This document shows, one piece after another, positions 53,301 through 64,000 of a DNA stretch of 64,000 nucleotides. The DNA lies in NCBI RefSeq assembly GCF_009914755.1, contig NC_060930.1; one strand, written 5' to 3'. Numbering within the stretch: the first letter of the stretch is position 1; every line of letters starts with the position of its first letter. The translations under genes were made by a program, and so were the position numbers. Under the pieces are notes generated by a model. It was not told the DNA's origin. It did not search any database and saw nothing but the letters and a program-made list of their open reading frames with translations. The stretch comes from the human T2T-CHM13v2.0 reference genome, Homo sapiens.

Positions 53301-56300
53301 TTTCACAGGCCAGGGCACCACTCCGGAGCAGGGACTCAGAAAAAGGCAGAGGAGTGTTCCCTGGCACATGGGGAGTGCAGCATGAGATACCAGTCAGGAG
53401 GGGTGGAGGGAAAGAGGGCGCGTCGCGTCAGCAGGACGGGCAGTGGCCCCGCACCCCGCAGCATGGCTCCCGCTTACATTTCTCTGAGAGGCCTGGTCAC
53501 ACCATAGGTTTCGTGGTCCCTGGAAAAGTAGAGTCCCTCCTGGGGTTGCACAGTGCATGTTGGGACATCTTCCTCCACTACACAAAATGAAAAAGCCAAC
53601 AGAAATCTCGCTCCGACTGCCACAAGGATGCATCCTCTGTAACTCTCAAGTGTCCTTCTGATGCCAGATGGCTCCGTTTTAACCGGGATATCAAAATGAA
53701 CACATCCTGGAACTTAACTTTGCAACTGGAACTTGAACTTGATTTTCAAATGGAATTCAGAAGTTTCCATGAAATAGAAAAGGAGGGTGGTTTATAATGC
53801 ATAAACCAGACTGGTAGAGGAGAAGAATGTATTAGGGGCTTTTTATTACAGACAGTATAAAAAGAAGTCAGGAAAGAGTACAAACTTCACCCCCAAAAGG
53901 AAGGTATATAACTTACAAAATAAAAAGTTCACATAAATCACAAATTAGCAACATTTAACATTTTAAGCTTCCCAAAAGTTCTGTGCAGCTCACCCTTGAT
54001 GAACATACCCAGATGGAACCAGGAAGAATTAATTTGTGAAACTGTGACCATCTCATCAGAGACTGCAGCCACCCATGAGTGTTCAAGTAAAGCAAAATAC
54101 ATCTGCCAAAGAAGTGTAATTAAAATATTCACAGCATAACTCCTGAGATCTTATCTTTGATATAAGTTAGCTCCATTTACACTTAGCAGATAATACCAAA
54201 TTAAAACAGAGACTGAATTCAGTGAGCAGAGAAAACAGCCTAGCCCATGGATTTGTTCTCAATGCACTGCCTCCTGGCTTTGGTGATTTTGCAAAGAACT
54301 GAAAGAAAAAGCACAACATTCAGAATAGAAAGGGAATTTCTGAAGGGAGTTTCATAACTGAAATTTCAGTTTGAACTGGATGAGGGACGCTGTTTAGTTC
54401 AGTGACCACTGAGGACCTCCGGCAGGCTTCGGGGTGTACAAAGACAGCCAGGATTCAGCCCGCCTCAGTGGAGGGCCCCACAGCACAAAGGCACCAAGAA
54501 GGGATAGCAAGAGGACAGCCAGAGTGCCCACAAGCTCGGCAGGAAGGAGGCTCACATCGCCGCGGAAGTCTCGTGATGGTTCTGGTAGAATCGTCCTCTT
54601 GAAACCTTCTGCTGCCATTATTGGGTGCTGTCCAATATGCCTTACGCAAAACACTGACAATAGCATACACCTTTCCAGAATGCCGGCACGCGCTGTGCAA
54701 TGCCCAAACTGTCCCTGTGAGTTGAATGCCCCTGGCAGGATGCGTGTCCACTCCCGCAGGGCCGTGGGTGCCTCCCTTGTCTCACTCCTCTGCTTCAACC
54801 CTTCCCAGAACTCTGAAGGTTTGAGATGAAATGACTGAGCCACACCTAGTGCAGGAATGAGCACCAGGGCCTCTCTGCAACGGCTGCTTAAGGGCCACAG
54901 GATAAGCATAGTGTGGCGCCCCCAGTTATTCCCTGTTTCACTCATTGGACCACCCTGATAGGCTTCAGGGAGGCAGGAACCTCCTCTAAGGCAGCAGGAG
55001 AGGGGTGGATGGGGCAGCCAACAGGTGCATCTCATGCCTCCGTGTTCTCCATAGGGAGGGAGGTGGGCTAAGAGGCGAGTGGGGCAGAGGCCTGGGCCAG
55101 CGTGAAGTGTCAGGAGTAAGGGGGGAGAAGACTGGAGGGGGCAAATCCAGGAGGCAGCTGAGGCTGCACTGTGCAAATACAAGCCCGGTTACGTCTGTGT
55201 AGCTTAGCTTCCCCAGCCCACCTGAGCCAGAGCTGGGTCTGCCCGTGCTCCCGCTTCTATTGACATCCAGCAACTCCGAATGACCTCTCCCATATCAATG
55301 GGCTCATCTCCGAAGCCGAATCTTATAGCCTGCTTCTCCTCCCCACCAGGCTATAGTGGGAAATCATTGAGGAAACTATGGTTGAATGCATCGCACGGCC
55401 TCTCTGGTGTCTGAGAGAAGCTTCATAGCCAGCAGGCTGCCCCTGGTGGGCAGGTGCCGCATGGAGGTACCACGCCTCCCGTGCAGCGAGTAAGAAGGGC
55501 AAGGAGAGCTTGTCAGGGGAGTGGGCCAGGCTATCACATCAGATGGGCCAGGCCTCGCATCGCTCTCTGCATCCTAAGCAACGTCTGGACTTGAGTGCGT
55601 GGGTTTGTGGTACTGCAATGCCACAGTACCTTGGGGAGCCCCCAGGCAAGCCAAGAAAGTTCTGGGAGGCCACAGCCCTTCACTCAAGTTCAAAGGTTCA
55701 AAGCAGGGATTCTGTGTCACACTTGCGAAGGTGCCCACCCCAACAGAAGCTGTGGCTCTGCAGGACACGTGCGGGGTAGACCTCTAAGGCCTTGTCCCAG
55801 TGGAAATGCCCTCCCACTTGGCCTGGGTAGCTGCTCACGCTTCTGAAACGGGAAAAATCAACTGCATTCCTGAATGGGAGCCTCAGAGCATTAGAAAAGA
55901 TAATGTTCTGATTTTTTAAAGCTAAACGTATATGGAAGGAAGCTGAAAGAGGACTTTTGATGAGTCACCTAATGTTGATGTTGAAATAAACCTAATGACC
56001 CTCTGGCTAAAATCTGTTCTCATTTGGGAAGCACCTGAACCCTCATTCTCCCGCCACTGCTCTGACCTCTGGAAAGCAAGGAGCAAAGGCACACTCAGCA
56101 GCTCCCGCTCCAAAATGCTCTCCCGAGTCCTCCCAAGCAGCCAGAGGACGACTCCACACCCAGAACCCAGAGTGGCCTGGGAACCAGGCCTCAGGTTCCT
56201 GGCCCATTTGTCATCGCCCAGGGTCCTCCTGCCAGGAATCCCCCCACATCCTGCCCTGCCTAGAGAAGCCCAGCTCTTCCATCAAAGTTCTGCTCAAATG

Positions 56301-57669
56301 TCACTGCATGTTACGTCTTCCTCACACACTCCCACTAGCCTTACTGCATCATGCTTGGTTTGCTGAGCTATGTGTGGGGTCTTTCCTTGCCAACCCTTCT
56401 TTCCCTGAGAGGTGCAATGACCTCATATTGAGGCTGTCCACTCCCCCACTCCCGACCCCATCCACCAAGCCTGGGAGGCACTGGCTTAATGCATCATGGT
56501 TAAAAGAAATGGATGGTTGAATTGCACAGAGAAGACACTGTGCCCCAGGAGATGTGCCTTGCACAAGATCCCTGCAGCACATGCTGGGAGGCTCTGCCCG
56601 GGTAGCACTTAGGAAAGAAGGATGTATGCCCTGGGCTGCTGGGAGCACTGTGGGAACTCTGGGATCCCCCTCCTCCTAAGGGCTGTGCTACCCTGATTTG
56701 GAAACAATACAGAGGCTTCTCTCCTGCAAGAAAACATGCCCCCTGCCCACCCAGGATCCACCTGGCTGGGGAATCTGCCTAGCTGGGGACCAGGTGGGCA
56801 TGCTAAGGAGGAATGGGGCTGTGTCTGAAAGAAAGAGATGCCAGCAGGATCCAGGAGAGCAGTCACGGTCCTGGGGTCTGAGAGTGCTGGGCCAAGGAGG
56901 TGTGGGGAGCATAGATTCATATAAGAGAGAGTGGTTCAGTCTGTGGCCATGCTCCTGGGACACAGCACTGAGCACCCAGCAAGGCCCCAAGAGATGCTGA
57001 AACACACAGCTAGGATGGCTCCCAGGAACGTGAGACAGCATTAACCACAGGAAGCCAGGCAGAAGTGCTGCAGCCAGGGCGTGCTGTGGGAGAAGGGCTG
57101 GGAGGATGCAGCTCGCTCGCACACTGCGTCAGAAACCTTCACATAGTGCTTGTCCTCAGTACGAGCCAAGGTGGGGGTGAGGAACGGCCCACTTACCAAA
57201 ACTCTCAGAGACCCCTTGGGGAATTTGTGCTTCTTGTTTCTGCAAGTTTCCAGGAGACACAGAAAGGGTGCCACTAGACTCTAAGCTGTGGGAGGCCTCT
57301 GGGAGGCTCCTTGGGTGGAGCTTAGCAGCAAGAAGGCCCATGTTGACCTTGGCCATCAGGAGGTGTGGAGCTGCTGCTATACAATGGGGCAGGACCCCGG
57401 CAACCCATCCGGGCACCTCTTGGCTCTCCCTGTGTGTATTGATGGAAAATGGTATGTGGAGGTGCAGCACCCCTGGACCAGGAAGGGCACCGTGACCAGT
57501 TCAAAGCCCTCAAGGATGAAGGCTTGGGTCTGGCCACTGAGCTGTAGTTGAAAGGTGGGAGCATCTAGAAAGGACAGAGCAGGAGGCGCTCACGAGTCTT
57601 CACTGGCGTTCCAGCTGCAGGGGCTGAGGCTGGAATCTGTTCCACTAACTTTCCTCTTCTAAGTTTTCT

Positions 57670-57844
57670 CCAGGATAAAGTTGCTATTTGAATTTCAGAT
57701 AAACAACAAGTAGTTTCTTTAGTGTAAGTACGTCCCAAATATTGCATGGAATACACCTATACTAAAACAAGTTATTCAATGTTTATCAGAAATGCCAATT
57801 TAACTGGGAGTTTTGCATTTTTATTTGCTAAAACTGGCAACCCT
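57670..57844. mobile_element. MER53-like palindromic DNA element
   Basis: atttgaatttcagataaacaac...atttgctaaaactggcaaccct. Confidence 0.7.
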
Positions 57845-57934
57845 CCTCCAGGGATGGAGGCCCACTGGAACCAGGAGGAGCTGCCCTCAGGAGCTATGAG
57901 AGGAAATGGATCACAGCAGAACGAGGTGTAGACT

Positions 57935-58330
57935 TGGGTGGATGTTGCTGTGCACTGCTTGGATTCCCACTTGGGAGTGAGAGGTTCATTCCCTCGGGTA
58001 CTGAGACTGCTCCTGGGAGGTGGTTCTCAGCAGGCAGCCTTCTGTGGCGATGGCTCCAGCTGGAGAAAACGAACTTCCCAGGTCACGTCTCCTCTAGAGG
58101 CAGCTGGCACCCAATGCCAGCTCAGTCAGGGCTGCGGGGGCCCTATCCCTTCACTCCACGCTGGAACAGGCTCGTCCTAGCTCCAGAGCTTTCTGCAGCA
58201 TTGACTGGAGTCCATTTGGCTTGGCGTTGCATCACGGGCACCTCTCGGCCCAGTTCTGCTCCCTTCCCCTTGACTCCAACCAAGCATGCTCCCTAATCAT
58301 ACATGCTGACCTCCATCTCAGAGTCTGCCA
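57935..58330. mobile_element. Old ERVL solo LTR (LTR16-like)
   Basis: agctccagagct...gcccagttctgctcccttcc...catctcagagtctg resembles the LTR16 family. Confidence 0.55.
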
Positions 58331-58603
58331 CCGTCCCTGTTAAAGGCTGAAGGAGGACTAGGATCACTGTCAACAAAAGCATGACCCAAGAGGCAAGACA
58401 CAGTCATGTTTATAGCATATTACTATGAGCCACTCACTACTTCTAGATGTCACGGTTCAAAGGTGATTGAAAGAAACTCTGTGTTTCCCAATGCCTGCTG
58501 GATAAATAACTCAGCATGGATGGTGAGACAGCATCTCTAACTTCGCCTGTCTCCCCGGTAATCGTGTTCCTCCTCCTCACTTCTTTATCAGGGTTCTTGG
58601 TAA

Positions 58604-59122
58604 TAGTAGTCCCCCCTTATTCTCAGGGGATAGATATGTTCCAAAACCCCTAGCAGATGCCTGAAATAGAAGACAGTACTGAGCCCCTTATAGACTATGT
58701 TTTTTTCTGTACGTACATAGCTAGGATAAAGTGTAACTTATAAATTAGGCACAGTGAGAGATTAACAACACTAATAATAACACCAAGCAATGATGACCAT
58801 ACGCTGTAATGAAAGCTGTGGATGTTGTTGCTCTCTCCAACATCTCACTGCATGGCACTTGCCCTCTAATGGCCTGATGGCTGCCACATGGCTGATGGGC
58901 CAGCAGCATATACAGTGGGGTCTGCTGGACAAAGCAGTGGTTCACATCCCAGAAGGGATGAAGCGGGACCCTGCGCGATGTCACCACCCTGCAAAGAATG
59001 GCATGCAACTTCAAACACGAAGTGTTGATTTCTGGAATTTTCCATTTCTTATTTTCAGACTGAGGTTGCCCTCAGGTAACTGAAACTGTGGAAAGGGAAA
59101 CGGTGGATACAGGGGACTCCTG
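58604..59122. mobile_element. Tigger2-family non-autonomous element
   Basis: TIR-like ends agtagtccccccttat / ggatacaggggactcctg; interior ataaattaggcacagtgagagattaacaac. Confidence 0.8.
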
Positions 59123-62100
59123 TGTCATTCCCCATCCTGGAAACCCTCCAGCAACCCCTGACTCCCCGACCGCCCCACCCCCTGCCGAGCACGTCTACTC
59201 AGCCCCATAACTGCTTGTCCTTCCCTCCTCTGCCACCCATGCACCTGCCCGTCTGAGAGCTCTCTACCTCACCCCGAGGCCTCCCCGGCCTCCTGGCCAT
59301 TGTTCTCTCTCGGGCGGTACCCACACTATGGCCAGATAATTCCTCCTTTACTGTAGTTCTTACCTTATTACGGGGGAATATGAGCCAAAGCCATGTAACT
59401 CGCTGCCGGGCAGGAACTAACAGAGCCAGCACATGCTTCTCCCGTACCCTTCTCTCCATCAGGTGGCCAGGAATGTTCCGGATCCCCGTGGCTTTGCCAT
59501 GGATATCTCATTTGAACAAGAAGTAACCCCCCCCCCCAGAATCTCAGGGGGTCTCGTTACCACAGCATAACCTAACCTTTCTAGAAAGATACACTCCTCT
59601 ATCCAGCATGCCTAGAGTCTTATGTGTGACAAGTGACGGTATGCTGTTTCACAAAATTTCGCTGAAAGAGCCGTTGATGAACTTTAGAATAACCCAACAT
59701 TAGGCGCTGTTACAAATGGGTGGAATTAGACAAAGCCGTTTGCCTTTCACCTCTTGCTTCAGTTTTCAGAAAATTGCCCAAAGGTATTGCAAACCATTTG
59801 CGTTTTCATTGGCTTGGTTAAGGAGTTGGCAGTGTCAACTGGCCCTGTGTAAAGCCACGTCACTGTTTCTGTAGAGAGCATGACACGTCAGAGAGGTGGG
59901 AAGTGTTGCCAGGACTCTTCTTAGAATGCTGGCAAGAAGAGCAGGCGAAAAGGGAAGAGCTGTTTATAAACAGGGAAAGGAGACATCACCTCGTATCCTT
60001 GGCTTCTCATTACGTCATCGATTACAATCACAAGTCTCATTTCCTACAAGCCTGAAAGCGGGTTCTTCTCTGCATGTAGGAAAAAGCCCCGCTTACTAAC
60101 TCTGCCCTCAAAGAGATCACAAGCTGGTCCTGAACGCCCTGTGCCCTGGGAATGCTTACTGTCGAAGCTCTGCAAATTTTCTCATTGAAGGCACTCAGGG
60201 CATTCTGCTAATTAAATTAGGAAAATGTGTACAGCTCTACTTGAAAAAATCCAGGTTTATGCTCTGTATTCTATTACCAAAGAATTTATCACTTTTCAAA
60301 TAACATTCAATTATTTTAAACTGAGTGTGCAGTGAGAGCATTTATAATATAATCTCATTTCCAGAGTGTTCCATCCCAACTCCTCTCTGGTATAAGTAGC
60401 TTAGAAGGTTAGATTTTTTTTTTCCAGAGGATTAAACATTCGAGAAGAGTGGCTAAGAGGCAGCACCAGGTTTCTCTCATTTCCTCAAAGAGAATTTAGC
60501 CTTGTGAAGAAGAATAAAGTGAAGGTCAATGGTTAGATCCATGGCTTAAAAATAAAATGCAGCTTTCCTTACTCTGAATTTACCATAACCAAAAAGGCCA
60601 CGAGGCAGCCATTAATGATCCTAAGTTGCAACAGAAAGAAAAAAACACCTACTTAGGGTTAAACGAGGATTCAGTGGTCACTTGCCGCCGGCCTCCACTT
60701 CACAGGGGCGGAGGATGAGGCCAGGGAAGACTTTCTTACCCACACTGACCTGACCAGAGATGAAACTCCCCCTCCTATGACAGCCTGCACTCAGAGGCTG
60801 ATTCTGAAATAGTCATGCCAAATGCAGCCAATCCCTGTGTACAAGGAGAAAAAATAGTTCCTCAGAGCTGTGTCCTTGGGCCAGCCATCTGGACCTCTCA
60901 CAATCTCTTTCGTTCTCCCTACACTTGGGCTGAATCCCGCCTTCCTTGCCTGCCAGGTTTGGTTTGGGGGCCAAATGAGTGAAAGTCCGTGAGATACCCC
61001 TAAGTATTGAAGTGCGTAGTAAATGATAATAGCCCTGATTTGTTGAACATGATGATGTGCCAGGCATTGCGCAAAGCATCATTTCATCATCACAACAAAC
61101 ACTGCTGGGAGGCAGGGACACCCCCACCCTCCTTGTACACCCAGAAGTAGGACTTTGGTTAAATGGCTCTCCCAAGGCCTCACAGCCTTAAAAACTCAAG
61201 CACTTATTTAATCCCCAATGATACTACCTTTTGGCCATGCAATGTGTCATGGCCAGTAATTAGATTTGCAAACACATATAACCAAAGAGGATTAGAAGAG
61301 ACATATATTCTATATAAATTACATGAAAATAGCACTTTCAGTATTTTCCTGATTTTTTCTGGTAATTAAAAATGATTGCCCTTTATATTTCTTTATGGAT
61401 ACAGTTGCATTGTTTTTAGCCAATTGTAGCCCCCCCCTTTAAAGAGTGAATTAGTGGGAAAATAGTGTTATCCAAGATTTTAAGAATCTAGTGTGTGTGT
61501 TTGTGTGTGTAGGATGGGTTTTTCTGAAATATTTTACTTGCATGTGAATGTATAATTTTAAAGATTGGCTTTTAAAATACTGAATTGAGGTAAATTCAGC
61601 TTTTCTTGCAGACTCTTTACGATAAATGTGAAATTGAAAATGGAAATGCTCCATTCAGATGGTGTGCCGACTACAACCTCAACATACGGATAATTCACTA
61701 AATAAGTAACTTCCTCGTGGAATATCACGGTCAGCCTTTGTTTTGGGTACACATTCAATGAACTGGTTTCCTATTAGTTTCTGCTTGTCAACAAGTTGTG
61801 TCATTTACTGATAAATATCCAGCCTTTTACTAAGGAATACCGATTTTCTCAAGTCTCAGTGTGTGGAGGGGGTGGGAGTTTGGTGGGGAAGCTTTTCAAT
61901 TTGAGAACCTTTGCCGTTTTTTGTTTCAATCGTGACTAAGATATAAAAGTCCTTGGTCACCACTGCCAGCTGCTACCTGTTCACTGCCTCCCTGACGGGT
62001 AATGAGGCCATCCGGAGTTTTAGTGATTAAAATGTTTTATTACTTGTATTCACATCATCATTAAGAAAAATAACTTCTAGTGGATCAATATGGCAAATGA

Positions 62101-62999
62101 GTAAACCAGAAGATGGCGTTGAAGATTAGCAATTACATTTAAAAACAAGGTAGTGGTGTGAAGGCTCAGAGTTTCACACAACGACTGTTGTTCTGAACTA
62201 AAAGCAGAGGATGTGGATGAGTGAGGGGAGGGTATGTTGAAAATGACTAAACCCGGTGCAGAGGACACGTATACGAAAGTGCAAAAAGCTCTCATTTGCC
62301 ATTTTTTGTCCTCAGCAAACTCCTCTCTGGTATGTTTGTGAACGTTTGAGGGAAAGGTAACACTGATTAAAATATAATGCAACAAGAAGGCAACGATCTT
62401 TGCTTTGTTCACTGATGTGTTCCAAGTGCCTAGGACGGTTCCTGACAAGTAGCAGGTGCTCAAAATACATTTGTCAAGTGAATAAATCTGTGAAAGGAAA
62501 GGAAGAAAAACAGGTTGTGACCAGAACTTTTTGTGAACAAAACCCTGTTGTTTATTACATAGACTTTGGTAATGGAAAACTTACTTGGGTGAAATAAAAA
62601 ATGGCATCCTGTTAATTTCTGAGAACGTCTGTTGGTTTTAGGAAAAGCATACCTATCCATACCTCACTACCTGTTTTGCTCTAGCCTAAACATAGATTCT
62701 TCTTTGGTTAGGAGACATTGACCCAATATATAAGATTAAAACAAAAACTGAGAAATAAGTGAAATCAAAAGCTTTTCAAAAGTTGCAGGTTGACCTACGG
62801 TGGTGGTGGTCTAAAATCATATAGAAACCAGAGATCTGATGGTTTACCTGAAAATGCGAAGTAAATGCACATACTCAGCATCTCAGACGATCGAAAGCTC
62901 AACGGGTGAAAGCTCAGGGGGTTAATTTTGCGATTAAGGACATCTTGGAAAAGTATGTAAAATCCCTGGTCCACTTAAGTATTATTCCTATTTTGGGCT

Positions 63000-63259
63000 T
63001 TTATTTATTTATTTTGAGATGGAGTCTTGCTCTGTCGCCCACCTCGGCTCACTGCAACTTCAGCCTCCCGGGTTCAAGCGATTCTCGTGGCTCGTCCTCT
63101 CAAGTAGCTGGGGCCACGCCCGGCTAATTTTTGTATTTTTAGTAGAGATGGGGTTTCACCGTGTTGGCCAGGCTGGTCTCGAACTCCTGACCTCAGGCGA
63201 TCCACCGCCTCGGCCTCCCAAAGTGCTGGGATTACAGGCTTGAGCCACAGCGCCTGGCC
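63000..63259 (-). mobile_element. Alu with internal deletions, upstream of the IRF4 promoter
   Basis: gagatggagtcttgctctgtcgccca...gagccacagcgcctggcc; TSD tattttgggctttt. Confidence 0.92.
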
Positions 63260-63399
63260 TATTTTGGGCTTTTATACCCCACTGGTAAACTGCTTTCCTC
63301 CAGGTTGAGGTTAAAACGACATCATTTTAAGGTGAACTGAAGTCTGGAAGTGATTAAGCACTTGGATCCTTAGGGAGCCTCTCCCCGCCCCCATCTCTT

Positions 63400-64000
63400 T
63401 CATGCTAAGATAATTAAAACTTCGGGGCCGGGGCATTGTCTGAGTCACTTCAATTCACCAGCCTAATAGATGCAAAAGGATGTAAGCATGTCAGACACGC
63501 AGAGACAGTATTTGAATCAAGCTTAATAGCTCAAGGGAGCTGGGCCATTTCCTATTTTCTTTTTAGTGAGTGCGATGTTCTCTAAACACCGCGGAGAGGC
63601 AGGGTTCCCGGTGATGGCCTTGCCGAGGGTGCTCCCGCAACCTCCACCTCCAGTTCTCTTTGGACCATTCCTCCGTCTTCCGTTACACGCTCTGCAAAGC
63701 GAAGTCCCCTTCGCACCAGATTCCCGCTACTACACGCCCCCCATTTCCCGCCCTGGCCACATCGCTGCAGTTTAGTGATTGACTGGCCTCCTGAGGTCCT
63801 GGCGCAAAGGCGAGATTCGCATTTCGCACCTCGCCCTTCGCGGGAAACGGCCCCAGTGACAGTCCCCGAAGCGGCGCGCGCCCGGCTGGAGGTGCGCTCT
63901 CCGGGCGCGGCGCGCGGAGGGTCGCCAAGGGCGCGGGAACCCCACCCCGGCCGCGGCAGCCCCCAGCCTTCACGCCGGCCCTGAGGCTCGCCCGCCCGGC
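63400..64000 (+). promoter_or_regulatory. IRF4: IRF4 proximal promoter / 5' edge of CpG island; TSS lies just beyond the window
   Basis: Sharp rise in CpG and GC from ~63580; AP-1 TGAGTCA at 63441; kB-like GGGTTCCC (63602) and GGGAACCCC (~63935); GC-rich elements. IRF4 is the known next gene after DUSP22. Confidence 0.82.

Noticed and set aside
54394-55182. 262-aa minus-strand ORF
   Set aside because: Non-ATG start, no recognisable homology or exon structure.

Overview
Primate, almost certainly human, genomic DNA from the DUSP22-IRF4 interval (6p25.3). Bases 1-~20,300 hold the 3' half of DUSP22 on the + strand: five coding exons with canonical AG/GT boundaries, including the split catalytic HCLAGVSR motif, and two alternative C-termini. 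About 43 kb of intergenic DNA follows, rich in Alu, L1, MIR, DNA-transposon and LTR fossils. The window ends inside the CpG-rich promoter I recognise as IRF4. Nearly all short ORFs in the track are spurious. The dominant unexplained structure is a ~4.9-kb triplet-phased minisatellite (39-bp core) at ~39,980-44,850. It keeps four of six frames open for ~1,600 codons, appears to have grown from a MIR tail, and carries about five AID-hotspot WGCW motifs per unit, like an Ig switch region. Other notable items are a ~326-bp non-Alu inverted duplication in DUSP22 intron 4 with a target-site-like direct repeat, a 250-bp direct duplication, a perfect 57-bp tandem duplication, an exact 22-bp dispersed repeat, and an ACGTCA (XBP1/CREB-type) motif cluster ~4 kb upstream of IRF4. 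No new biological system is proven; the functional ideas are hypotheses. Exon numbers and repeat subfamilies are from recall, not from a database search.
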